The notes below the pieces were generated by a model that was not told the origin of the DNA, did no database searches, and worked only from the letters and a program-made list of their open reading frames with translations. Shown piece by piece: positions 18,517 to 27,271 of a stretch of DNA of 64,000 nucleotides. Position numbers and translations under genes: made by a program. Position 1 is the first letter of the stretch. Every line of letters starts with the position of its first letter. Origin of the DNA: a virus; the IMG/VR virus record IMGVR_UViG_3300037486_000582, positions 44,578 to 108,577 of that record; one strand, written 5' to 3'.

Positions 18517-19110
18517 CTACCAGCACTCCTCGGGGTCCAGCTCCGTCGTCGACTCGCCCGTGGAGCGCGGCCCGATGTAGTCGCCGTAGAAGTGATCGCC
18601 GTTGGCCGGCTTCACGGTGATGACCGTCCGGCGGTTCCAGTACTCGCGGCGGTCCTCGATCGACACGATGATGCCGTCCTGCTCGATGTCGCTCTTGAAC
18701 CCGACCAGGTCGCCGACGCCCACGACGCGCGCCCCGCGGTCGATGATGACGGTCGGACCGGTCGAGGCGGCGGGCGTCGCCTTCGCGCCCGGGAACGCCT
18801 TCGCGGTCGTCTTCGGCGCCTTCGGAACGGAGAAGCCCGGGGCGGGCGTCTCGGAGCGGATCACGACCGGGGCGTCCTTCATGGCGAGCGCGGCGACGTA
18901 GGGGAACGAGGTCGGGTCGATGGTGACGCTGTTGGTGTTCACGCGCACGCCGACGTAGTCGGCATAGCCCGGGGCGAGCTCGGCCAGGCGCGCGAGCGCC
19001 GCGTTGCCGACCCGGAGGGTGCCGTTCGTGTTCACGGCTGTCCCGCTCGCTCCCAGGAGTTCAGCCAGAACCGCCGCCGCCTTCGCCGTCTTCTCGTTTC
19101 GCTTCGCCAT
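18517..19110 (-). CDS. hypothetical early protein (SH3/KOW-like C-terminus; N-terminal domain shared with 11471..12349)
   Basis: Behind promoter cassette C; VGDLVGFKSDIEQDGII motif. Confidence 0.7.
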   Translation of the reverse strand: MAKRNEKTAKAAAVLAELLGASGTAVNTNGTLRVGNAALARLAELAPGYADYVGVRVNTNSVTIDPTSFPYVAALAMKDAPVVIRSETPAPGFSVPKAPKTTAKAFPGAKATPAASTGPTVIIDRGARVVGVGDLVGFKSDIEQDGIIVSIEDRREYWNRRTVITVKPANGDHFYGDYIGPRSTGESTTELDPEECW

Positions 19111-19114
19111 TCTC

Positions 19115-19243
19115 AGCCTCCACCACCATTTATAGGAAACCCGCCGGTTTCCCGCAAGACATCCGGGGCCGATTGTTGGAACCGCCCTGGTTTCGCAAAT
19201 GCTTTCGGCAACTTGTGTGGGTGATCCCCAGGACGATTTATCG
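19115..19243 (-). promoter_or_regulatory. early promoter cassette copy C (TTGCGG-17-TATAAA)
   Basis: -10 at 19129-19134, -35 at 19152-19157. Confidence 0.8.
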
Positions 19244-19257
19244 GAGTGGAATGACGG

Positions 19258-19959
19258 TCAGCGCGTCCGCTGGACACGGCGCGTGCCGCGGGCGGGTGCC
19301 GGTGCGACGGACCGCCGAGCGATGTCCCCGGCCTCCGCGGACGCGGTACTGACGTCGGCGCCACGCCTCCGTGCCGCGGACAGTCCGGCCCGAACCGCAG
19401 CCAGAACGACCCGAGCAACACCAGGCTCCAGGCGCGCCAGGAGCCCGACGAGCCCCGTGACGGCCCGTTCAACCTCACGGGCGAACGCGTCCTGCTCCTT
19501 CGCTCGGCAGTTCTCGGCAAATGCGGCACGCGTCGCGTCGTTCCACGGAACGACCGGGATGCGCGGGTCGGAAGCCATCCGCTGCAAGTTCCTGGACCAC
19601 GCGCGTTCCATCGCCGCCGCCGGCCCCGGCCGAGCAGCAGACTCCACGCGGACCATGACAGCCCACGTCGGGAGCGCTCGCGGGACGCCCCGAACGACCG
19701 CGGTCAGCGCCTTCCCCGCGGCAAAGGCGGCGACGAGCGCGTCTACGAGCTCCCCAGCGGTGCCTGGAACGGAGACGAACCGCCGCGTCGTGGCGCCGCG
19801 CGCCTCCACGTAGGAGCCACCCGCGGCGCGGACGCGCCGACCCCATCCGTTTGCTGTGAATTTCGGGTCCGGCGGAAGATGTAACTCCCAGACTGGCGGA
19901 GGAGCCGACAGAATGATGACCGCCCCGTCATCGTGGAAGGCGTAGTCGACCCGGCTCAC
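19258..19959 (-). CDS. hypothetical protein
   Basis: GTGA overlap with upstream gene. Confidence 0.55.
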   Translation of the reverse strand: MSRVDYAFHDDGAVIILSAPPPVWELHLPPDPKFTANGWGRRVRAAGGSYVEARGATTRRFVSVPGTAGELVDALVAAFAAGKALTAVVRGVPRALPTWAVMVRVESAARPGPAAAMERAWSRNLQRMASDPRIPVVPWNDATRAAFAENCRAKEQDAFAREVERAVTGLVGLLARLEPGVARVVLAAVRAGLSAARRRGADVSTASAEAGDIARRSVAPAPARGTRRVQRTR

Positions 19960-20264
19960 GAGTGCCCCGGCGCGACGACCTCATCGACCAGGTCGTCGTA
20001 CAGCGCACGGTACTTCGCCCGCATGCCGGCCGCTTCGGCGCGAAGGTCGTTGTCGCCTTCCAGGAAGACGCGGAGCGCGAAGGCCTGCCCGTCGGCCAGG
20101 GACAGGCCAGCCCGCGCCTGCTTGATGGCCGTGCTGAGCTGCTCGCGGTTCGTGTCGAAGGAATCGTCGGCCGCCGCGGCCGCGCGAAGTGTCTTCTGCA
20201 CCTCTGGCGCGAGCTGCGCCCAGGCGTCGCACAGAGCAAACAACGTCGCCAGCGTCATGCTCAC
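19956..20264 (-). CDS. hypothetical protein
   Basis: GGAGG RBS; preceded by GCTCAATAAC motif. Confidence 0.6.
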   Translation of the reverse strand: MSMTLATLFALCDAWAQLAPEVQKTLRAAAAADDSFDTNREQLSTAIKQARAGLSLADGQAFALRVFLEGDNDLRAEAAGMRAKYRALYDDLVDEVVAPGHS

Positions 20265-20299
20265 CTCCGTTCGGCCTGGTTATTGAGCGGCGGGCTCGC

Positions 20300-20491
20300 C
20301 TAGTCGTTGAGGCCGGACGGCCCCTCGGCGGCAGCAGCGACGGAGGTGATGCAGTCGGGGCACCGGCCGCAGGGCTCCAGCGTCTCGAGCGCCTTGCCGT
20401 GGTCCGGGCCACTGAACTCGCCGGCGTCGAAGCCGGCGTCCATCTCCGCCCCGATCACTTCGCGCCAGTACGCACAGCGTTCCATGGTCAT
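20300..20491 (-). CDS. small hypothetical protein (CGRCPDC)
   Basis: AAGGAG RBS before ATG 20491. Confidence 0.5.
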   Translation of the reverse strand: MTMERCAYWREVIGAEMDAGFDAGEFSGPDHGKALETLEPCGRCPDCITSVAAAAEGPSGLND

Positions 20492-20513
20492 CGTGCTCTC
20501 CTTTCCCTGTGTT

Positions 20514-21212
20514 TCAGTCCGCATCGAAGGTCGACGTGAAGGCTTCGCGCACGCCGAGCGCCTTGGCCACCGCCGGGTTCCTCGTCCAGCCGCGGATGAG
20601 CCGCGCGGAGATCTGCATCCCGGTGCCGAAGCCGTGCGGGTAGATGCTGTGGACGGAGCCCGAGGCCAGGGTCGCCTGCACGCGCGGAAGGTCGTCCTGG
20701 TGCAGCCGAGAAGGCGCACCCGGGACGGTGATCCACTTACCCACGTTGGCGAGCGCCTTGGCGCGCCCCGCCTCCGCCCGTTCGAGCTGCTTCGCGAGGA
20801 GCTCGCTGGCCGGCTTGGGCGGGTTGCTGCGGTTCGAGAAGTCGGTCCCGTAGAAGGAATCCTCGATTCCACGCCGCGAATAGGAGCACCACTGGCCCTC
20901 GGCGTTCGTGAACAGGGTGTGTCCGTAGACGTCGACACCCTGCTCGTCACAGGAGACGTTGAACACGACCCGGGCCGCCGCGCCGACCAGGACGGTCGCC
21001 CACGTCTCGTTCCCCGTACCGAACCCGCGGCCGTCCCGCCGGTAGGCACACGTCCCGTCGTTGGAGCCCTCGCCCGTTGCGACGGTCGCGCCGGCCGGGG
21101 CGGCCGCCCGGATCGAGTCGACGTACTCGGCCACGGCCAACGCCTGTTGTGCCACGGTCAGCTTGCGCGGCTTCCTGCTCGTCCTGCTCGTCTTGCTCGC
21201 CTTGCCCGTCAT
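20514..21212 (-). CDS. hypothetical protein
   Basis: AAGGAGG RBS before ATG 21212. Confidence 0.65.
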   Translation of the reverse strand: MTGKASKTSRTSRKPRKLTVAQQALAVAEYVDSIRAAAPAGATVATGEGSNDGTCAYRRDGRGFGTGNETWATVLVGAAARVVFNVSCDEQGVDVYGHTLFTNAEGQWCSYSRRGIEDSFYGTDFSNRSNPPKPASELLAKQLERAEAGRAKALANVGKWITVPGAPSRLHQDDLPRVQATLASGSVHSIYPHGFGTGMQISARLIRGWTRNPAVAKALGVREAFTSTFDAD

Positions 21213-21232
21213 GGTCTGCCTCCTTGCCTGTC

Positions 21233-21517
21233 TCACACGTTCACAGCGACCGGCAGCCCCGCCGCCTGCGGCGCGTTCAACCTGACCTTCGACACGCCAC
21301 GGGTCACGAACACGAGCCCGCCGTCGTCGCTCTGGGCGACCTTCCAGGTGCGCCCCGTCTCCTCCAAGAACGAGCTGGCGACACCGCGGTCGCGGGCGTC
21401 GGCCAACGCGCGGAAGGCCTCGGGGTGGACGATGACCGTCACCGCGTGCCCCGCCTCGATGACCAGAAGCGTTCCCCAGGAGTACTGCTGGACGTTGATC
21501 CTTGAAGCCTTCATCAC
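21233..21517 (-). CDS. hypothetical protein
   Basis: GAGGAGG RBS. Confidence 0.55.
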   Translation of the reverse strand: MMKASRINVQQYSWGTLLVIEAGHAVTVIVHPEAFRALADARDRGVASSFLEETGRTWKVAQSDDGGLVFVTRGVSKVRLNAPQAAGLPVAVNV

Positions 21518-21524
21518 ATCCTCC

Positions 21525-21923
21525 TCAAGCCACCAGGGCGACAGCCGCCCGGGTCGTGTTCCACATCGCCAGCCCGGCCGCGGCGCTCGGCATCCGGCGG
21601 CGGCCCGCGTTCCTTACGCTCTTCTTCACGCCCTCCGCGTTGACACCGCGGGCGGTCAGGTGCGCGACGAACTCGCTGGTGGTCCGGTCCTGCTTCGCGC
21701 TGTTGCAGGACAAACAGGCGGTGACCAGGTTCGACGGGTCGTTGGTACCGCCGAGCTCGACGGGGACGATGTGATCCAGGGTGGCGTTGCCGCCCGCGCC
21801 CGGGGTCACATGGCCGCTGCAGTACTGGCAGCAGTAGGCATCGCGAGCGTAGATGCGCGACCGGGTCGAACGCCTGATCCACTTGGAGCCCTGTCCCGCC
21901 TTCCTCGTCCCGCCTCTCGTCAT
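21525..21923 (-). CDS. HNH endonuclease
   Basis: RDAYCCQYC...ATLDHIVPVELGGTNDPSNLVTACLSCNSAK; first gene behind promoter cassette D. Confidence 0.9.
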   Translation of the reverse strand: MTRGGTRKAGQGSKWIRRSTRSRIYARDAYCCQYCSGHVTPGAGGNATLDHIVPVELGGTNDPSNLVTACLSCNSAKQDRTTSEFVAHLTARGVNAEGVKKSVRNAGRRRMPSAAAGLAMWNTTRAAVALVA

Positions 21924-21928
21924 CCCGT

Positions 21929-22056
21929 CACCTCCACCACCCTTTATAGGAAACCCGCGGGTTTCCCACAACACATCCCGGGACGATTATCAGAGCGCCC
22001 GCCCAATTCGGCTTGAGTCACGAAGGACTACGCGGGGAGATCCCCCGGACGATTTC
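21929..22056 (-). promoter_or_regulatory. early promoter cassette copy D (TTGTGG-17-TATAAA)
   Basis: -10 at 21943-21948, -35 at 21966-21971; ~60 bp near-identical to copy B. Confidence 0.8.
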
Positions 22057-22091
22057 CGGAGGCCGTGCGGAGTGAGGAAGCGTCTACCGCG

Positions 22092-22331
22092 TCACGGACG
22101 CCAGCGGCGAAGCCACGCCGGAACAGGTTCCACCTGGCGACGCGCAGCAAGGGCAGGGCGAACCCGCGGAGCCCGGTGGCGCTGGTCGTTCCGCAGCAAC
22201 TCGCAGCGGCCACAGACCGGGTCGCTCCCGAACAGGGACGGAGACAGAGCCGTCTCTTGGTCCGACGTTCCGCAGTCCGAGCAGTAGCGAACCGTGTCCA
22301 TCCTGACCTCCCTGGTCACGCCGACCCACAA
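22092..22331 (-). CDS. small Zn-finger hypothetical protein (likely start MDTVRYCSDC, ~22301)
   Basis: CSDC...CGRC; GGAGG RBS. Confidence 0.5.
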   Translation of the reverse strand: MWVGVTREVRMDTVRYCSDCGTSDQETALSPSLFGSDPVCGRCELLRNDQRHRAPRVRPALAARRQVEPVPAWLRRWRP

Positions 22332-22570
22332 TCGGCAAGCGCCTTGACGACGTCGGCGTGGAGCCAGTTCAGCATCCTGGTCGTCTCGGCAAGCCGGTCA
22401 CGAGCAGCGGTGAGCGCGCCCAGCCCGCAAGCCGGGCGGTTCCCGTGGCGCCCGCCGACCTCGACGGTGTCGAGCGCAGCGCGCTTCGTCCCTTCCAGCA
22501 GCCCAACGCAGATGAGCGCCCGAGTCACGAAGGCGTCCCACTCCAGCGGCGCGTCGTCAGGTGCGCTCAC
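22316..22570 (-). CDS. hypothetical protein
   Basis: GTGA overlap with upstream small ORF. Confidence 0.45.
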   Translation of the reverse strand: MSAPDDAPLEWDAFVTRALICVGLLEGTKRAALDTVEVGGRHGNRPACGLGALTAARDRLAETTRMLNWLHADVVKALADCGSA

Positions 22571-22683
22571 GGCAGCCACCCCAGGCAACCGAAGACGGTA
22601 GAGGCGATTGACACGCCGACCAACGCGCCGATCAACGGGGCGACCACGTCCAGCATGAGGTCGAAGGGTCGGGGTGTCAGCAT
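22567..22683 (-). CDS. 38-aa hydrophobic peptide (MLTPRPFDLMLDVVAPLIGALVGVSIASTVFGCLGWLP)
   Basis: GCGCAATGAC motif, GGAGG and ATG; below ORF-track length cutoff. Confidence 0.45.
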   Translation of the reverse strand: MLTPRPFDLMLDVVAPLIGALVGVSIASTVFGCLGWLP

Positions 22684-22701
22684 CGAGGTCCTCCGCCCCG
22701 G

Positions 22702-23391
22702 TCATTGCGCCGGCGCGTCCTGTGTCCTGTCGTACAGGTCACGGAGCAACCGCGCGTCAGCGTCCCGGAACCGCCCGGGCGCGAGCCCGCCCTGGAACGC
22801 CATGTCCGGGGCGAGCGGATACATCACCGACCCGCTGTCGTCGGGGTCGTGGGCAAGCCCAAGTACATGCCCGAGCTCGTGGACCAGAACCCGGTGTGCC
22901 GTCCCGTCGTCGGGGACGTTCCGCATCCGGACAGTGGCCCTGGCCACGAAGCCGCTTCCGACCTCGCGGGTGTGGAAGCAGCCGGCGTCGGCGTCCGCCG
23001 CCTCCGCAGGAACACCGAAGACCAGGGCAACGCGCGGTTCGGCGCTGACCGGACAGAAGGCCAGGGCGTCGAAGCCGAGCTGCATGTTGACCTCGCGGAC
23101 CGCATACTCGGCACGACGCATGTCCGCCGACGTCAGCTCCGCGCTCTCGTTGCGGACCCCAAGGCACAGCGGGAAGGCGCTCCTGCCCCAACGGACCTCT
23201 TCCGGCGACGCACAGACGCCGACGGCGCCCGAGCCTTCAACCTGGTCGGCGTACTGCGCGACCGTTCCGCTCCAGCACACACGAAGCAGGAGCGGCTCGG
23301 TGTGCCGCGGAACGAACCACACGAGCAGCACGACGGCGGTCACGGCGATGGCCGCGAAGGCGGCGACGGATACGATCCACTTCCAGCGCAT
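22702..23391 (-). CDS. membrane-anchored/secreted matrixin-like (metzincin) zinc metalloprotease
   Basis: N-terminal hydrophobic helix; HELGHVLGLAH and Met-turn SVMYP. Confidence 0.85.
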   Translation of the reverse strand: MRWKWIVSVAAFAAIAVTAVVLLVWFVPRHTEPLLLRVCWSGTVAQYADQVEGSGAVGVCASPEEVRWGRSAFPLCLGVRNESAELTSADMRRAEYAVREVNMQLGFDALAFCPVSAEPRVALVFGVPAEAADADAGCFHTREVGSGFVARATVRMRNVPDDGTAHRVLVHELGHVLGLAHDPDDSGSVMYPLAPDMAFQGGLAPGRFRDADARLLRDLYDRTQDAPAQ

Positions 23392-23409
23392 GGCGTACCT
23401 CCGAGGGTT

Positions 23410-24507
23410 CTAGTCTACGCCACCGCCGGGCGGGTCGCGCCAGTAGGCGGGCGGGTGGCAGAGTCGCGGCCAGGCTGCTCCGACCGGCCCGCCGGCCGTT
23501 GCGCGCACCGCGACTTCTGCGTCGTCCGGGTAAGGCTTCGGCATCTTCGGAAGGAGGAAGGCGCGCGTGCCGGCGTCCTTGTCGCACCAACCACACGGCG
23601 CGAACCGACGATCCTTCGACGCGAGCAGGCGCCGAGCAGCCATGAACCGCCAGCCCCACCAGATATCCGTCAGCGTTTCGTCCCGATCAGCCACGCCGCA
23701 GACGTAATCGCCGCGCCAGTCGATGCAGCAGAGCCGCACCTCGCCGTTCCAGGTGACGGCGAGCTCGCGGAAGGGGTTCGAGCAGTTCTTCCGGAGCGGA
23801 GCTTCTGGAACGGGGCGAGCCGGGCTCGCCCCGGCGTGGTTGAGCACCTTGCGGCTGGCCCGCTCCCGGTCGCGAAGTCCCAGGTCGTCCATGAGCACGA
23901 CGAGCCGGCGGGCGAAGCGCCTGTGGTTCCCCCACGGCGACCACCCGCTGGGGGCGAGGTCAGCGTAGAAGTCGCGTACGGTGATGCCGACGCCAAGCGT
24001 TGCTGCTTCGGCGCGGAGGTCGTCCCTGTCCTCACGGTAGGTGTCGATGATGACGTAGTCGAGTCCGGCGTCGAACAGCCCGACGATCTTCTCTCGCATC
24101 CGGCCCCGGAGAAGCTGGCCGTTCGTGGTCATCTGGAGCTGCGCCTTCGGGAGCAGCGCCCTGAAGGTCGCCACCACCTCGACCGCCTGTCGGTTGGCAA
24201 GTGGTTCACCGTGCATCGCGAACTCGTACCGCGCCCACGGGGCAAGGGCGGCTGCCTGTTCAGCCACGAGCAGCGCCGTGTCGAGCGTCATCGGCTTGAA
24301 GCCGCCAGGCTTCGTGCGGATTGCGTTCAGTCCGCAGAAGGAACAGAGCCGGGTACACCCTTCGGTCAGCTCGATCTGGACGGACCAGGGACGCTGGACC
24401 AGAGCAGCCGCCGGGTCAGCAGCGATGGCGTCTGCAGGCGCGTGTGGCGGCGGCGGCTGCCGCCACTTGTCGCGAACGTACCTCCGCTTCACCCGGGGCT
24501 CGGTCAT
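23410..24507 (-). CDS. radical SAM enzyme with SPASM/twitch domain
   Basis: [23 protein letters not shown]; CSNPF...[11 protein letters not shown]...CGWCD. Confidence 0.9.
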   Translation of the reverse strand: MTEPRVKRRYVRDKWRQPPPPHAPADAIAADPAAALVQRPWSVQIELTEGCTRLCSFCGLNAIRTKPGGFKPMTLDTALLVAEQAAALAPWARYEFAMHGEPLANRQAVEVVATFRALLPKAQLQMTTNGQLLRGRMREKIVGLFDAGLDYVIIDTYREDRDDLRAEAATLGVGITVRDFYADLAPSGWSPWGNHRRFARRLVVLMDDLGLRDRERASRKVLNHAGASPARPVPEAPLRKNCSNPFRELAVTWNGEVRLCCIDWRGDYVCGVADRDETLTDIWWGWRFMAARRLLASKDRRFAPCGWCDKDAGTRAFLLPKMPKPYPDDAEVAVRATAGGPVGAAWPRLCHPPAYWRDPPGGGVD

Positions 24508-24941
24508 TGGTCTTCCAATTCCAGCGGGTCGGTCGGCCGGTCGGCATCCGCCTCCATCTCGCCGGCCACCGAACAGAACGCTTCGACGTGGTCAGCGCGA
24601 TCGAGCATCTGTCCTGCCAGGGACCGAATCTGCTTGGCGCACTCACGGAGTGCTGTGCGGAGCCAGGCATTTGCCTCGTGTTCGGCGAGCCAGGCCTCGT
24701 AGGAGACGTCCAAGCACCCACACGAGAGGAGCTGGCCTCCACACCGCGGGCACCGCTCCATGTCGCAGCCAGGATGGTGCCGACCGCCGGGGCGCACCCC
24801 GCAGTCATGACAGCAGTGACGCCCGGCCGGGCGGTAGGGCACCGTCGGAAGGGACTCCCCGTCCGGGAACACGACGGACACGTTCTTGACGCAGGTGTCC
24901 ACCTTGCCCATCTCTCCAGAGCACGCCAAGCAGGCTCCCAT
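24504..24941 (-). CDS. Cys/His-rich multi-Zn-finger protein
   Basis: [33 protein letters not shown]. Confidence 0.7.
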   Translation of the reverse strand: MGACLACSGEMGKVDTCVKNVSVVFPDGESLPTVPYRPAGRHCCHDCGVRPGGRHHPGCDMERCPRCGGQLLSCGCLDVSYEAWLAEHEANAWLRTALRECAKQIRSLAGQMLDRADHVEAFCSVAGEMEADADRPTDPLELEDQ

Positions 24942-24974
24942 GTTTCGTTACTCCCGCCCCGGTCATTGAGCCGG

Positions 24975-25460
24975 TCAGCGGCCGGCACGAGCGAGACGCG
25001 CACGCTCCCGGGCAAGGCGCTCGCCGTGGAATCGGGTGCGAGCAGCGACGTGGGCCTGCGCGTCGGCCACGGCGGTCGGGCCACTGAACGCGCGTGGCGC
25101 GGGTATGGTAGACAGCCCGCCTGGGCGAGAGTACGTCCCGTCCTGGTTACGGAATGCTGGCACTCCTTCCGTGACCGTGACCTCGTCGGTGTTCGACCGC
25201 CGCGTCTGGACCATCGCCATGTAGGGTGAGCGCACGCGCTCGTTCCCCACGAACACGGCACCGCCGTTATTGTAGAAGTCCTCGGCGCGCGTCCCGGTCG
25301 GTGGCGCTGCCGAAACCCGCTCGATCACGTCCTCGGCGATCATGCGTCCGGTCAGCGGAGTCACCTCTGTCGGGAGCCCGCCGGCCGCTTCGCCACCGCC
25401 ACCGGCCGCTGCTCCGCCGGCTGCCCCGCCACCGCCGCCACCGCCTCCACGTCCGCCCAT
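24975..25460 (-). CDS. MGGRG-polyGly-tagged protein 5
   Basis: Starts MGGRGGGGGGGGAAGG; GGAGG RBS. Confidence 0.8.
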   Translation of the reverse strand: MGGRGGGGGGGGAAGGAAAGGGGEAAGGLPTEVTPLTGRMIAEDVIERVSAAPPTGTRAEDFYNNGGAVFVGNERVRSPYMAMVQTRRSNTDEVTVTEGVPAFRNQDGTYSRPGGLSTIPAPRAFSGPTAVADAQAHVAARTRFHGERLARERARLARAGR

Positions 25461-25463
25461 GAC

Positions 25464-25967
25464 CTACCTCCGTCCACCTGGCCGTGTGCCAGTAGTCGGC
25501 AACGATGGCCGACGCTGCCGCCGCTCCTCGGAGAGCCGCCGAGCGGACTCAGCCGCAGACCGCGTTGCCTCCCGTTGAGCAGCCTCCAGGGTCGCGTGCT
25601 GGCTCCGCTGTGTCGTCGCTGCCGTCCGGTTCGGCGCCCCAAATTCCCTGGCGCCTTGTCCCCAGCGCGAGGACGTCGCGACATCGAAGACGGGCTCGCC
25701 GCGGATGTTCTGCCCGCGGTCGATTGTCACCTGGCGGACGACGATGTCGTTGGTCTGCCCGACGCTGATGACGTTGCCTGCGGCTGCGACGTCGTTGCGG
25801 TTCAAGTTGTCCGGGTACCGCCCGGCCGGGAGCCCGCCCGAGACGACCGTTTCCGTTGCCGCCGTTGCCGCCGTCTCCGTCGCGGCACCGCCGCCGGCTG
25901 CCCCGCCACCACCCGCGGCACCACCACCGCCGCCGCCTCCACCACCACCACCACCACGTCCTCCCAT
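25464..25967 (-). CDS. MGGRG-polyGly-tagged protein 4
   Basis: Starts MGGRGGGGGGGGGGGGAAGG; AGGAGG RBS. Confidence 0.8.
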   Translation of the reverse strand: MGGRGGGGGGGGGGGGAAGGGGAAGGGAATETAATAATETVVSGGLPAGRYPDNLNRNDVAAAGNVISVGQTNDIVVRQVTIDRGQNIRGEPVFDVATSSRWGQGAREFGAPNRTAATTQRSQHATLEAAQREATRSAAESARRLSEERRQRRPSLPTTGTRPGGRR

Positions 25968-25976
25968 CTTGACCTC

Positions 25977-26486
25977 CTACCGCGCGACTGTTCTGCTCGT
26001 GTCGGGCAGGTAGACCCGCGCCAGTTGCGTTTCACCTCGACGCTGTCGATTTGGCCGCGGACGGGTGACCGGATCGACTGTCGCTCCGGACATGCCCTGT
26101 CGGGTCAGCATCTCTCCGATGGCCTGTTGCTCTCGGTCGGTGAGCGGACGCGTCCTGCTCCCTCGGCCGACCGAATTGAGCTCGATCCGCCCGGTGTTCA
26201 CGTCGCGGTTCACCTGGAGCCCTTGGTCGCGCAGCCCGGGGACGACGCTGATGGCGTCGACCAGAGCCCGCTCGGCTCGGCGCTGGCGCTGTTGCGGCGT
26301 CTCCGCATTCGCAGCCGCGACATTCCGCTGCACGTCCGCGAGCCGTGGAGCCCCGCCGGGGATGAGCCCGGAGGCCTCGACCACCGTCGCCGTCTCGGCC
26401 GCGGCTGCTCCGCCGCCACCGCCGGCCGCGGCACCGCCAGCTCCACCACCGCCGCGACCGCCGCCTCCTCCGCCTCGACCGCCCAT
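25977..26486 (-). CDS. MGGRG-polyGly-tagged protein 3
   Basis: Starts MGGRGGGGGGRGGGGAGG; AGGAGG RBS. Confidence 0.8.
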   Translation of the reverse strand: MGGRGGGGGGRGGGGAGGAAAGGGGGAAAAETATVVEASGLIPGGAPRLADVQRNVAAANAETPQQRQRRAERALVDAISVVPGLRDQGLQVNRDVNTGRIELNSVGRGSRTRPLTDREQQAIGEMLTRQGMSGATVDPVTRPRPNRQRRGETQLARVYLPDTSRTVAR

Positions 26487-26507
26487 GACTTACCTCCTGC
26501 TCGCCCG

Positions 26508-26909
26508 CTACGGGGTCCGCTCACCGGGGCGCAACCCGGCCTGCCTGATCCGCTCCTCGCTCGGTCTGACGCCGGACGGGAGCTGGCGCAGCTCGTTCAC
26601 CGTGAGCCCCGACGGGAGCGTCCCTCGGCGGTTCATCGCGTCGGTCGCGTTCATCCCGACGCCCTGCCACGTAGCCGAACGCCAGTCGCCCCAGACACCC
26701 CGCGTGCTGATGCCCTCACCGAGCGCGCGCAGCTCCGGGTCCGAGAGCGTCTGCAGCCGGGCTGGCGAGAAGTCCCCAGCCGGGTCCGTTGACGCCGCTG
26801 CCTCGGCGAGCACCGCGGCTGCTCCGCCGCCGCCACCGCCGCCTCCTGCAGCAGCCCCACCGCCGCCTCCGCCTCCCCGGCCACCGCCGCCACCGCCGCG
26901 TCCGCCCAT
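26508..26909 (-). CDS. MGGRG-polyGly-tagged protein 2
   Basis: Starts MGGRGGGGGGRGGGGGGGAAA; AGGAGG RBS. Confidence 0.8.
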   Translation of the reverse strand: MGGRGGGGGGRGGGGGGGAAAGGGGGGGGAAAVLAEAAASTDPAGDFSPARLQTLSDPELRALGEGISTRGVWGDWRSATWQGVGMNATDAMNRRGTLPSGLTVNELRQLPSGVRPSEERIRQAGLRPGERTP

Positions 26910-26918
26910 CGTCGCCTC

Positions 26919-27269
26919 CTAGTAGCTCCGCAGCGCGTCGCGGAGCTGCGGGTCCAAGTCACGGTTGTTGTGCCGAACTCCGTACATGAAGTTCCGGGCG
27001 TGGGCGGCCAACTCGGGCGGCGGGTTCGCGTCGAGGTACGTCCTGGTCGCACGGATCAGGTCGCGCCTGGCTTCGCCGTGGTCGCCCTTGTACCACCCGT
27101 TGAACGGCGTCATCCGGTCCATCCGGTCCATCGCGGTGATGGACTGCTGCAAGGATCGCCCGGCCGACGCGACGGCGGGCGGTACTGCAGCGGCTCCACC
27201 GCCGCCACCCGCGGCAGCCCCGCCACCGCCACCGCCACCGCCACCGCCTCCGCCACCACGTCCGCCCAT
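26919..27269 (-). CDS. MGGRG-polyGly-tagged protein 1
   Basis: Starts MGGRGGGGGGGGGGGGGAAA; AGGAGG RBS; 2 nt after DUF4417 stop. Confidence 0.8.
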   Translation of the reverse strand: MGGRGGGGGGGGGGGGGAAAGGGGGAAAVPPAVASAGRSLQQSITAMDRMDRMTPFNGWYKGDHGEARRDLIRATRTYLDANPPPELAAHARNFMYGVRHNNRDLDPQLRDALRSY

Positions 27270-27271
27270 GT

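Noticed and set aside
21525-21923. HNH as intron-encoded or packaging nuclease
   Set aside because: Free-standing first gene behind an early promoter; no interrupted host gene and not adjacent to the terminase
22705-24702. 665-aa plus ORF and similar long antisense ORFs (9390..10871, 45942..47522, 51942..53678, 58151..59374)
   Set aside because: They overlap motif-bearing minus-strand genes; expected stop-poor shadows in high-GC DNA
25380-27270. CCN-rich tracts as microsatellite, assembly artefact or plus-strand poly-Pro ORFs
   Set aside because: Each tract follows an RBS and ATG on the minus strand and uses mixed Gly codons, so they are coding poly-Gly linkers
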